NCBI GenBank assembly: GCA_010093705.1
Contig: MU006091.1
Span: forward strand, 62,001-126,000
Direction of reading: 5' to 3'
Length of the DNA stretch: 64,000 nt
DNA from: Patellaria atrata CBS 101060
Taxonomy: Eukaryota
Shown here: in pieces, positions 39,059 through 51,648 of the stretch
Layout of the letters: every line of letters starts with the position of its first letter
Numbering within the stretch: position 1 is the stretch's first letter
The notes under the pieces: model-generated
Told to the model about the DNA's origin: nothing
Seen by the model: the letters and a program-made list of their open reading frames with translations, nothing else
Database searches by the model: none
Made by a program: the position numbers and the translations under genes

Positions 39059-39930
39059 TCAGCATGCACACCCCTCCTTCGCACCAGATTCTCTAACGCC
39101 TAGATCTACTCTTCCTCTCTCTTCCGTTCTTTGTGTTTGTGCGCCTCCTGCACCTCTCGGCCCCTTTAAGGCGGTTTCGGGAATCTGATTTGCAATGGCC
39201 GTGAATACCTCCGCAACGTTATGACCTGTCTTCGCTGAAGTTTCGAAGAATAGTGCCTTCTCTTCATCTGCGTACGCCTTAGCTGTCCGCACCGGGACCT
39301 TTCTTATTGTCTCCTCCTCATCCTCAAGCTCCCCTTCCCCGCCGTCTGTAGGTACTGCAACTATGCCGTCGCCATCGGAAATGGGCGCCGAGGTGGAAGG
39401 AGGAGGATCGTTGCTCGCCAAATCCGCCTTGTTACCCACCACTGCAATCACGATATTGGGCGACGCTTGCCGTTGAAGTTCGGATACCCAGTGCTGAGCT
39501 TTGGTGAAACTAGACGGTTTTGTGATATCGTAGACGACGAGCGCCGCCTGCGCGTTGCGGTAGTACATCGGTGCGAGGCTGGCGAAACGCTCCTGACCTG
39601 CCGTATCCCAGATCTCGAACTTGATTGTGCGGGTAGATAAAGAGATTTTCTGGGTAAGAAAAGCAGCTATGGGATATGTAAGTGATCATATCCTTAGAAA
39701 GGTATAAGGGAGAGCACGAGAGACAAACCGCCGATTGTAGGCTCCTTGTTTTCCTGGAAATCATTGTTCACGAAGCGCATTACGAGTGAAGACTGGTTGT
39801 CTTGTCAGCCTCTAAAAGCTTCTACCTGGCGGACTTTGCTTGATACCTTGCCTACAGCAGCTTCTCCGAGTAATACTAACTTCACACTGCTACTCGGCTT
39901 GGGAGCCGATGCTGCGCCCGTATCTGCCAT
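39059..39930 (-). CDS. VPS21: Rab5-family GTPase (Vps21/Ypt51-like), 3 exons
   Basis: [71 protein letters not shown], and a C-terminal CAC prenylation motif. Confidence 0.9.
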
Positions 39931-40309
39931 GTCGTCGGTCGGCGAAGAGAGGACGGGTTGATGCTTGCCGGACCTCTGGATAGTCTCACAAGATGAGGGG
40001 TTTGTGTTTGAATATTTAAGGTAACGTGGTATACTAAGAGCACCTCTACATAAAAGAAGTTCCTCCGGACACGTTGTTCGTGATAATTATTTAGATGTGG
40101 TTTGGACAGCTGGGAAGTACCGTACTTGGGTTTCGGGATGACGAGATTTTGCTTGGCGGAAGAGAGTACATCCTAAGGCATCTGATCTTCTTCATTCAAC
40201 ATCATTACAGAGGTACAGTATTGTCCGCTCAAGTTTCATCCAATTCTCCATTTAGACGTATGATCTGCACTTACGAAACCGAGTTTTCAGATCGTTTGGT
40301 TTAAAGCTG

Positions 40310-40700
40310 TATAGGCTTGTATCCAAATCTCAACCTGGGATGGAATAGGGGATCTTGATCATAACAAAGATTCTGGATGTGATAGATTACATTTTCCAAG
40401 TACTCCATTTGAACATCAAACTCTCCTTATGCCTACCAAACTATAGTTAAGGTGTAAAGAACATCTTTGTATCCCTATAACCGTTTGTAGAGATCAAGTT
40501 CGATGGTATTGGCCCTCTCGCTGTGTCAGAGTTTGGATGTGACCTCGTTCAGTTAAATCCTCATTCTTTTATGTCCTCGTGAAATCGAAAATCATTCTAT
40601 ACCTCTCTTTGCTGCTGACTCAATGACAACGTCTTCTTCTGCTTGTGTGACTTCTCTATAGCCACCCACGTCCTTTCCTCATATAATTCACGATGATTTT
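40310..40700 (-). pseudogene. Heavily decayed coding relic, possibly TPR-like
   Basis: One minus-strand frame reads ANTIELDLYKRL*GYKDVLYTLTIVW*A*GEFDVQMEYLENVIYHIQ. Restoring the stops to Gln gives a TPR-like WQAQGEFD..MEYLE. Confidence 0.3.
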
Positions 40701-41451
40701 TCTTGGGCTATAAATATTGTATTTTATCTCTCCAGATATGTACGCTTCGTTCCATAAATTTAATCAACCAAAGGATTGTGAGTCGTTAAACCCGTTAGAT
40801 ATATAATTCACTCCTTATCCTTCAATCACCATACCTCATGGTCCTTTACATTTTCCTTGCTTCCAGGATATGGAATGAGTCTTAAGAGTCTTCTAAGTAA
40901 TGGCAAGTTGCTTTAAGATAGCTATCTTGTCAACTGCTACGCAGAAAAAGCCTACAGACCTCGAGCTTCCTGCATTTTCAACATTATAGGGTCTCTCACT
41001 GACAACGAGAACGAAAAAATTGGGGGATTAAAAGCTGATAAGCAAGTCGATTATTCTGGGCCTGTAAAACCTCCGCATAACCTAGAACGAAACGAGATAC
41101 CAAAGAATAATCGCTTCGTCTGGCTTGCATGAACTATGATTTGCATGACATGTTTCTCGGCTAAAGGGGCTCTTTGTCAAGATAGCAATTCTCAGTTCTA
41201 ACGATGTGCCAGGTACCGTACGAGCTACCCTTGCTTATGTCTTATTGCTTAGCTATAATCACCGTCACAACCCTTTATATGTACGACGAATTGACAATCA
41301 ACTTCTCTATACCCCGCAATGATATCCTTGCAGGTCTATCGCTTTCTGCGAGGGTATTTACTTGTGTTTGATAACTTTTCGGTCATATATACTCCGAATC
41401 ATGGTTCAATTCATTTTTCAAAGTCTTTTCGTAGTGCTCCTGTTTTCAAAA

Positions 41452-43956
41452 ATGTGGCTATCGAGTGTCATAGTGGCTGTATTATCTATAAATCCAGCCA
41501 ACGCGTTGTTTCCCGATTGTATTAATGGGCCACTTAAGAACACTACAGTTTGTAGTACCTCATCAAGCAAGTTTTAGAACCCAGAAAATTCCCTCTCCTA
41601 CTAAAAGCTATTAGAACCAATTGATCGCGCCGCTGCACTAGTTCGACTCTTTACCCTTGAAGAGAAATTCAATAATACAGGTCATGCCAGCCCTGGAGTC
41701 CCACGGTTAGGTCTTCCGCCATATACATGGTGGAACGAAGCTCTCCATGGTGTCGCTCGTTCACGCGGTGTGACTTTTGCAAGTTCGGGGAACTTCAGTT
41801 ATGCAACGTCCTTCCCGCAGCCAGTTTTAATGGCCGCAGCTTTCAATGATGAACTCATCAGATCTGTGGCTAAAGTGATAGGGCAGGAAGCAAGAGCCTG
41901 GAATAATGCAAATAGATCAGGATTGGACTTTTGGACGCCGGATATAAATCCTTTCAAAGACCCGCGGTGGGGTAGAGGACAAGGTTCGTCGTCGATTTCG
42001 ATTCAAACTGGAATGCTGGGGATATCATGTCAAATCACTAATTCACTGGGAAATTAGAAACTCCAGGAGAAGATCCATTCCATGTATCTTCATATGTCAG
42101 AGCGTTGATTGCTGGTTTGGAGGGTCGTGCCGACTCAACTTATAAGCGTGTTATAGCAACATGTAAACATTTTGTTGGTATGTAAAGATGTATAAGTTAC
42201 TCCACACTTGCTAACTATTTCAAGGATATGATATTGAGGACTGGGAAGGCAATGAGAGGTATGGATTCGATGCGCGAATCTCGAACCAGGATATGGTTGA
42301 ATACTATATACCCCCTTTTGAGGCCTGTGCAAGAGATTCAAACGTCGGGGCATTCATGTGTTCCTACAGTATGTTGAATCCTCCTAGCCTTATCAACAAT
42401 CTGATTTGATTTTAGATGCGGTCAACGGTGTCCCAACTTGTGCGGATCCATGGTTACTCCAAACGATTCTACGTGATACATGGGGATGGACAGATGAAGA
42501 GCAATGGGTAGTAAGTGATTGTGACGCAGTAGAGAACATTTTCAATCCACATAACTATACATCCACTCCTGAGCAAGCCGTCGCAGTTTCTCTCAATGCA
42601 GGGACTGACATCAACTGTGGAACATTTTACCAGCGTTATCTCCCTAGCGCTTATCAACAAGGTCTCTTCAACGAGTCGACTCTCGATCGGGCACTTATTC
42701 GTGGATATTCCTCCCTTATCCGAGCAGGCTACTTTGATCCACCTACCGAGCAGCCATATCGGCAGCTAACTTTTGCTGATGTATCGACTTCGGAAGCTCA
42801 AAAACTTGCTTACGAGGCTGCAGTACAAGGCATAGTTCTGTTGAAGAGTAATGGTGGGCTACTACCGCTTCAGCTCGATTCGAATACGTCTATCGCACTC
42901 ATCGGACCTTGGGCAAATGCCACACAGCAAATGCAAGGAAATTATTATGGTATAGCCCCCTACCTCCACAGTCCCCTTCTTGCAGCCCAACAGCACAATA
43001 TCACAGTCAACTATGCTTTCGGAGTCGGTATATCAGGCTCAATCTCCGAGTCTAATCGCTCAGCTGCCCTAAAGGCGGCGGGAAAATCATCCATTGTCAT
43101 TTTCGCCGGCGGTATCGACGGTACAGTCGAAGGCGAAGCCAGGGACCGTACCTCCATCGCTTGGCCAGAAGGACAGGCGGGGATGATTGCTGAGCTTGCG
43201 GCGCTGGGAAAACCCATGATAGTGCTTCAATTTGGTGGCGGACAAGTAGACTCCTCAGCCATTGCAGCAAATTTCAACATTTCTGCCTTGTTGTGGGGTG
43301 GGTATCCAGGACAAGACGGGGGAACGGCGATGTTTGATGTGCTTATCGGTAAGGTGCCACCGGCAGGACGCTTGCCTGTAACTCAGTACCCGACATCATA
43401 CACCGATGAGGTCCCTATGACGGATATGTCATTGCGGCCTAGTGAAACTAGTCCCGGCAGGACATACAAATGGTATACAGGAGAGCCTGTATATCCGTTT
43501 GGCTTTGGCATGCACTACACAAAGTTTGCAGCGTCCATTCAATCGAAATTCCAGCCTTCTTATAACATTCAGGATCTAGTCGACGCTTGCAACGTCCAAG
43601 GCCAGAGACTCACGAAGTGTCCATTCCCAACCGAGCTCAAGGTTCTGATGTTAAATAGCGGCCCTATCACCTCTGACTATAGTGCTCTGGCGTTTCTGTC
43701 TGGCGAGTTTGGGCCGGAACCTCGTCCTCAGAAAGCCTTAATCGGATATCAACGATTGTCTAAGGTGCCAGCGACGGGACAGTCGACAGCCAATATAAGC
43801 TTTACCCTAGGCGAGTTGGCGAGGGTTGATGAGAGAGGAGACAGAATATTATATCCTGGAAATTACACCATCTCTATTGATGTAACAAGATTGGATAAAG
43901 CGAGCTTTGAGTTAGTTGGGGAGGAATCTCTATTGGAGGCCTGGGTACCTAAATAA
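41452..43956 (+). CDS. Secreted GH3 beta-xylosidase (XlnD/BxlB-like), 5 exons
   Basis: Signal peptide, then FPDC.NGPL....VC, [61 protein letters not shown].CA, nucleophile motif VSDCDAV, WGGYPGQDGG and PGRTYKWY. Confidence 0.95.
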
Positions 43957-44203
43957 TCAAGAAACCTTTGAGGTCAAGGTTAACATTGTAAGTCATAATC
44001 TGATGCACCTTTGCCTTATATCAAGTTCTGAAACGAATCATCTTTATTTATCATATCATATGGGTTAGGTCAGATGAGCTAAGAATCTCATGAACTCATT
44101 TCTATGTAACAAATCTAGGATTTCCATATTGGCGCTAGCTATACATCCACAGCTCGTGGCTATTCTACTAACAAAATTCAAGCTTAGGTTTACTAAGGTT
44201 TCC

Positions 44204-45455
44204 TCATTTCTTTGACCTCGTATTTACCAATAACCCTTTGGCGATTTTCTTACCCTTCCTTCCCTGCTTTCGGTTCCTCTTCCGCTTTGTGCTGATTGAA
44301 GAAGTGCTTCCTCGAGTCTCTTCTGTGTCATCAAAGAGATGGGGTAGATGAGTTTTCTGAAACTCCTAGCACCGTTCCTGTTGGATCGGACGAAACCGAG
44401 CATCTCTGCCCCAGCACTTCCATAACCATTCCCACGCTTTCTTAATATCATCAAACCATTCATAGTTTACAATATCCATTATCTCAATCCAATATCGTTC
44501 AACAGGTGATTCTGGAAGCTCCTCTTTGAAACTAGGTTCCGAAAGTCCAGTGAGGCGTTCTTCCACGGATGAATCAAAGTCAATAAGCACCACTCATTCA
44601 TACCCTCTAGTCTTATCTTTACCTTCACACATGAAATTGCGCAAGTGAAAGTCTCTTTGGTTTACTCCATGCTTTTGGACCTCGGTGTTCGCCTCGAGCG
44701 CTCGGTATAGAATTGATAATCGTCCCTTTTTGGAGAGCTTCTCAGGATGTATCTCTGTCATATATATTCCATTCACGCATTCCATGAGAACCATAAGAAC
44801 GGGCCTCATCCATAATCCCGAGGTCGTCTCCGTCGGCATATCACATGTCCAAGAACCGTAATATTGCAGAACTCCTTTCCCACAGAGCGAATTAGCTGAC
44901 AACTCCATGTAAGCTGCGGCTTCACGGGTGTACTCTTCACCAGCATCCGCCACACAATCTATACGACAGTAGCTGTCATACTTGTCAATCGAATCATAGT
45001 AATGAGGATCGAATATCTTCGCGACGAAACTGTTATTTCCTACGACGAGCTGTGGTCCCAGCGTTGTCTTTCACGGCGATAATTTCGGTGATGGTGAAAG
45101 AAAAATCGATTCATTCGATGGTGACACTTGGTAGTAACGGGTTGATCTTACATAGCTGAAGATGCGAGACTGAGTCCATAGTCTTTTGATCGAGAGGAAC
45201 ACGACGGTTGTGATAGGGACGATCAAAATGAGGATCAGGCAAGTGTCGTCGAACCGTGAGGGTCTGCCCGACCACATACGGGATTGCAGGCTTTTCTTCA
45301 TGTGGGAGAGGTGTCCGAGGTCCCAGTGGAATTTCAAATGGTTCTTCTATCTCTGGCGTTGGTGGCCGAGCTTGACCCGGTGGGGGAGTTGCGAGACGAT
45401 ACGTTGGGATCGGAGAGGTCGGCAGTTTTGGTGAGATATCGTTTATGCACGCCAT
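44204..45455 (-). pseudogene. Protein-kinase-like (fungal atypical kinase family) pseudogene
   Basis: Reconstructed frame: PYVVGQTLTVRRH...GPQLVV...FVAKIFDPHYY...EYTREAAAY.EL...YYGSWT...RPVLMVLME...GVNQRDFHLRNF...*VVLIDF. Disruptions: TGA 45113-45111, a +1 frameshift near 45058, TGA 44596-44594 and TAG 44368-44366. Confidence 0.8.
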
Positions 45456-45786
45456 AATCGCGATAAATTGATTTTGTTGTTGCGGTTGGAAATATATTTT
45501 GAGGAAGTTACAAGAAGCGCTTTATTCTGAACAATCTCGCCAAGACATAGTAAAGTTTGCAGACAATTGTTCTTTCATAATCCACAGCCACATTGTTGTT
45601 GAGCAACTTTCTTTGTTCCAGAGTCACAGCTACTCACATTAGGGCATCTCGCCACTGTCAGAAGAGGTATAAATTAGAGTTCAAGCAGGATGGAATTACT
45701 CAAAAGTCAAGCAACAAGACTGGAAGATTTCGTAATTCTTTCACTACAAGCATATAAAGCGGTGAGTATTCCAAAGCGGCAGACCA

Positions 45787-46693
45787 ATGTCTCGTGATCA
45801 AGGTAGTGCGCAGGGCGGACGAAGCCGTGAGATGCAGGAGTTGATCGCTTAGATAGACAACGTTGGATGTATACGTAGTGTTCTCGCACAATACGGAGTC
45901 TCGAGTCTCCTGGATGGTTTTAATCTCCCTTTGCTGGACTGGCCATATGAAAAACTGAAAGATTTACATGCCAGTGAAGGTAGTACACTCGCAAAGTCAG
46001 AGCCGGTGCCCAAATTCTGGATCCGCGACCAATACAGCAAATGGGTGGCCACAGTTGATCGGGCACTAGAGATACTCAAGGCAAAGAAGGAATACAATGC
46101 CGTTCCTCTTCCGGTTCGAGAAAAGAATTGGTATTTTTGGGGATAACCAGACGTTGTAAGGGCGACAGGGCCATATCTGCTGCATCCTGTCGATATAGCG
46201 ATATATACTCTTTATGGAAACAGTTGTGTTACATCCGAACTGACTGAAGATCGTGGTCGTTGCGACTCGGTATGGATGTATCAATCCAAATTCAGTCGGA
46301 AGATCATAGCTTGTCTTGAGCTGAAAGCTCGAGGTATCCTCTCCAAGAAGGAATTCGACAGTGTAGAACTACCGGTCACAAAGGAGAAGGACACCTTGTA
46401 GAAGTTGTTGCAGAATCCGAATGCTGTACCGGGGAGCTTCGGTGGTGATGCTAAGAAAGTGGTAAGATAGGCCCGATCCTACAGCAGAAGGTTTAGAACC
46501 CCCTTTCTCGCATTATTCGATTATGAAACTCTTGTGCTAATGGATGTCAGAGTAAATCTTAAGTATAAATCCGTCAAATATGATTTCCTTCCACGAGACT
46601 TGGGCCCAGGAGGGGGCCAAGACGGCGCTTTTTCGAAAGTTATTTTTAGGCTGGTTGATCCAGGAGTGTGAGAAAGTTCAAAATCAACCATGA
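45787..46693 (+). pseudogene. PD-(D/E)XK restriction-endonuclease-fold protein pseudogene
   Basis: One frame from ATG 45787 with stops at 45850, 46144, 46399 and 46468: *PDVVRA..YLLHPV..A, GRCDSVW, IIACLELKARG, VVR*ARSY, FLALFDYETLVL. A frameshift in the T-run near 46630 leads to FRKLFLGWL. Confidence 0.65.
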
Positions 46694-48636
46694 GATTCGT
46701 CGGGCTTTATATCTTGCCAAACAAATATTAGAATGCAACGGCCGAGAGAGAGATTGAAGGTATGTTCATCATAAGTTGATTCCATTCCGTCCTTTGACTT
46801 CTCTTCTCAATTTCAGTTTGCAATCCCCGCTTTTACTGTCATATTGTGCCCACTAACATGTAACAAGCGAAATACTAGTAGATAATTGGAATTGTTGAAT
46901 GTCATCTGAAAAAAGCAGTAAGGATTGTATTTCTGTCTAGGTGGTATGTTACTGATTGGGTAGGGTCGATCGGATATTGAGTGGGAAAAGGAGAAGGATG
47001 TGACACTTTTTTCCCGCTAACTGATCGATAGTGTTTGTTTGAGGGAACAGCTACAGCTTGAGTCAGCAAAGGACGGGAAAGTATATAGACACTTGAAAAC
47101 GTAATTCTAAACCCGAGCTAACTGTAGGGCTACTGTATGCCCCAAGGAGCTATCTGTGGCAGGAATCCCCATACGGATAATACCTTACGTATTCTACAAC
47201 CAAATATAATATCGCGTAAAGTAAATAAACATAGTATTTTGGTATAGCATAATGTATTGTCCGTATAGAGGTACCTGCTAGATAGTTCCTCTGGGGCATA
47301 CAGTAGTCGTACAGTTAGCTTGAGTCTACAAGTACGTTTTGAAGTGTCCGTATACTATCCCCCGAGATGAGGAATAATCAATGAGAGAGACTGCGTTGAA
47401 CTCCATTATTGAGATGCAGTCTACACAAGATGAGACGAGAAAAGAGGCTAGTGATAAGTTATTCTCAATCAAGCGTCGTTCCTTGGCGACTGAAAAGGGT
47501 TTGGTGCATGGTGGTGAGACACGAACTGTTACCTTAAGATATCAGCGCCCCTACAGACTACACTTTATTAGAAGACAACCTCAAAGTCATGATAGGCAAT
47601 GAGTGTACAGTGCCGTATGGAGTACACCATGGCACCAATCCATCGCATGGTCGCTGTCGCTGTATTCCGCCTTCTGCCGCACTTCTTGGTGGGATCACTG
47701 AGGTCTTCCTAAATAGTTCTAGCATAGCTTATATATCAAGTAATGTCCCCCCTCTTGAGCGACGACTTTGTATATCTTTGGTCTTCGGTCCTGGGCTGCT
47801 GTTCGGCCTGGAGAATCTTCCTGTACACGATGCCACCCTACGGAATGGCTATGTTACGATATTCCCGATGACTGAACAAGTACCGTTTAGTCAATCTAGC
47901 ATGTCTGTGGAATATCGCCGACAGAACGCAGCGGTTGTCGATTCCTAGTCCCGAATTTCCATGACAAGCTACCCAGAACCGGGTAATCCCTTTTGTACAG
48001 TTATATTCCTGGGCCCAAAGATAATGTGTTTCCTTTTTCTGGAAAGTGGTGAAGAGATTCCGAATAAATCTGAGGAAATTGAGGGTATGTGTGATAACAG
48101 GGACCTTTGGACCTTCAGAGACATAAGGAGTTTCTGCGGAGTAGAGACGGCTCTTGAATACCGATTGACGATATACCATATTGATGAAGTTTGGAAGTTC
48201 GACTCTAGGCGCTACCATGCATTTGTTACAATGCACAGTTGCTTCTACTTAGAGATCGTTGATACCGAACGGTGATGTCCTTTATACTAGTATGCAGTAC
48301 AATTAGCCATGCATTTATTCACACGCACATCGAGAATCTGACTTGAAACCGAGCAGTCCATCCGATAAGCCATGTATTCGGAAGCATGATAAAATCTACT
48401 CTGTACTGTATGCAATTGATAGAGGGCCGTGTAGGGAGCAGGAGATTATAAAAAGATCACTGATGACTTCTGATTGGACGAAACCTGTTTTGCATGGTTT
48501 GCATGGTTTGCTTGGCTGCAGGTCCTAAACAATCTTTCGATCCAGCCTTCGCCTCAATACCAACCTCAAGTCCTGCTCTCCCCAGAATCCTTCACCGACA
48601 ATCTCGTTTTCTTCTTTTTTCTCCACGCACAATGAT

Positions 48637-50388
48637 ATGAATGAACTTTCCTTTCTTGGAGCCGCAGAAGTTATGGATTCCCAATCATCCGAACAATCTC
48701 AAGTTGCGCGTCGGCCATCCTCCACACCTATAGACGTTACGAATCTTTTTCCTTCAGGGGCTACGTCCAATGCTATAATGCCACCTCCAAAAGAGCATAT
48801 TGGACAGACACCATCAAGTTCCAGTAAAGACACGATTGACACTCCTTCACGTCCTAAATTTTCACCACACTCTCGCTCCATGTCCCTTGCTGATGTCGCT
48901 CGACAAGGCAAACGACTTTCCCTTACGTTACCAATTCTACCCCACAATAGCGGTCCTTCCTCACATTCATCTCCTTCCATTACACAAACCCCTATCTCCC
49001 CTGAATGGATACGCACACCAACCAGTGGAAACTTTTTAACGGCACTGGCTGCTCAGGAGAGACGCGTATTCGAATTGAAAGAAGAACTCAGCAAAGCAGA
49101 ACTGGAACTTATACAGCTCAAGAGACATTGGGCAACTCATGAGGCTACGAAGAAACGAGACGATGTACGACGCAGCATACAACCCTTGCAACCTTTGAAT
49201 AGTACTTTAGTCGATATCAAGGATGGAGCAGATGATGACCTCGATGGATCTTCGCTCTGGTTACAACGTGAAATGGAGAGACGGAAAGCGCTGATGAGTG
49301 GCGTTAAGACATCTCAGAGGAAGGTTTTCAGCGGATCTCGCCATACGAGGACGTTATCGCTATTATCACCCGATAAGATCAATTTTACTCAACCATTTCC
49401 TCAACCCGAAGATGTAAATGCACCCGCGATTGAACCAATCAAAAGTATCCCCTTGCCACGATCTGCTACAATTTCTGCTGCTACTTTGGAAGAACCACCT
49501 GCCCTCGAAGTTGACTTGAGCGTTCTGCAACGAGAAGCTCTTTTGAGGACCGGGAAACAGATGGCCTCTGATTTCAAGGACGGCTTATTGACCTTCATTG
49601 AAGACCTACGACAAGCTACAGTAGGTGATGAGGGTGTTAACGGAACCCATTCTCGAATCGATGGTGGACAGAATGGTGTCAAGCGGCAGCAAAGCAAAGG
49701 TAGTCTCAATGGCGCGCCAGGTATAAGCCGTAAAGCTGGTTCATCAGCAAATAAGAAAACGCCCGCAAATCCATCACACGATACATCCAATCTTATTGAT
49801 ATTGGTGGCTCTTTCTGGAAAGAGAACGGCGTTGACGAGCCGAAGACCTCTAACACAACAAAGAAAACAAAACCAGCAGCGAAGACCAAAAAGAGCTTAA
49901 CCACTAAACCCGTCCCAGAGAACATGACTCCTCAGAAGCAGACATCTCGCGCAGATGATGCAGACGAGCATTGGGATACTTGGGACACGCCTAATAACAA
50001 CACCACTACGATCACGAACAGCGACACATCCGAATCGGAAGGGCGAACATCGCCAGATTCCAGTCGTAGCAGTCCAAGAACAAGTACAAGGTAAGCATTT
50101 AACAGCCCTGCCCATTCCGGGCGAATCGCTCACATCCCCCTTTGCAGTTCTAATGGTCTTCTTCCCTCGGATGTAGAAACCCTGGGCAGCAGCAAGCGCG
50201 ACTCGATTCCCTGGCCGGTGCTCGTCAAGCTCTCCCCCGGCAATCTCAAGCGTACGGCAAGCCATCTCATGAGCGAGTGGGAGAAGAGCTTGTCTCCGCC
50301 AGCCCCACCAGCGGAGGAGAAGAGGGGAGAAGGGGATTACGTCGGAGCGTCACCTTCGCCGCTCTGGAAGGCAAAGAGGGAGACTTGA
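48637..50388 (+). CDS. Fungal coiled-coil protein, DUF4048/Tda11-like, 2 exons
   Basis: FLTALAAQERRVFELKEEL.KAE.EL..LK..W..HE, RKVFSGSRHTRTLSLLSP, KQMASDFKDGL.TF.EDLRQATVGDE. Intron ~50091-50147; the last exon contains IPWP.L.K.SPGNLKRTASHLMSEWEKSL. Confidence 0.75.
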
Positions 50389-51648
50389 AATATGGAGCCG
50401 AGGGGATCGGCATGATGTCACGGCAGCGTCTGAGAAGCAAGTCCTTGAGCGTGGGCTATGAAGGGGGATTCGTTTTCGGGGAGATTCTTCCCCTGTTCTG
50501 GGAAGAGAGGGTTATCGTTGGTGCGGCGATTAAGCTGCTGTTGTATATAATGAGAAGGTTATAATGATGTAGATAATGACTGTTAGTGTTTTGTTTAATG
50601 CTATTGGCTTATCTACTCTCTCATGGACAACACTCGGCTACAGATTTTATGTTTCGAACAAGCTGCCGACGATCATCCTCCGGAGGTTCAAATTGATGGT
50701 GCTCTATCCAGTAGGCTGCAATCAACGAACCCTTTGCGCGGTCCGTACAGTACAGTCTACAAACCCCTCGAAGCAGAACAGTACAGTCGAGTAGGCGCGC
50801 AGTACCGCGAACAAGGAAAACATGACCCGAACTGGTGATTCTCTTTCTGTATCGTTTCATGTAAAGTCCCTTCCAACACCTACCATAACCATCTACCGTA
50901 CATATCCTCCCTCCCATCCATTAAACTCATACAGTACAGGACAATCCAGTATCTCGAATATCCGTACCAGCACAGGTGGAAAGTTTCGAATCACCCGCAT
51001 CTCTACCGTACGCACGGCACTGGACTGAGTACTCCATCCGGGCTCTCTTTTTTTTTTTTTTTATATATATAAAAAAAAGATCTAGGTTCCCCTTTGGATG
51101 CATCCTATAAAGTGGGTTATCAAAATGAAAAACGGAAAATCGAAAAATCAATGGTCAAAAGGCTTACGAGGGAAAAGAGGTGAGGTCGTACAGTCGGAGA
51201 GTCACTTTCTGAGGTGAGGTGAGGTTCACTAATCACGTCTTGTAGGATATAAGAGTAACGAGGGTGAAATTAATAGAGAGTTCAATCATCACTTAGTCAA
51301 AGTCGCATTGCTCGAAGGGTCTAAGAAGATAAGTTTGTTCATCAAAGTTCATGTATTGCAAGACCATCATGCCTGCTACAAGGTTAAAAAAAAAAGTATA
51401 TCAAGAGAAAGAAACGGCGTGTCATTCAGGCGCAGACATCGCAGGTTTGAACAAAAGGGCCGCGCTGCGTAAATGCACCATCCAACCAAATCCACACGTC
51501 ATATCGAAACAGAAACCCCCCTCCCCGCCCCCAAATACGCACACACGAAAAAAGCCCTAAACAAAATGGTATATATTTACAACAAAAAAGGTATGTGACA
51601 TCGTTCCTTTCCACTTCCCCGGGATCGACAGCACAGCTATCTCACGCT

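Noticed and set aside
47381..48528. Several 60-130-aa ORFs on both strands
   Set aside because: No recognisable domain or consistent splice pattern, so they were not called as genes.
51044..51081. T-run/ATATAT/A-run inverted repeat
   Set aside because: Low-complexity sequence between convergent genes; at most a polyadenylation or termination region.
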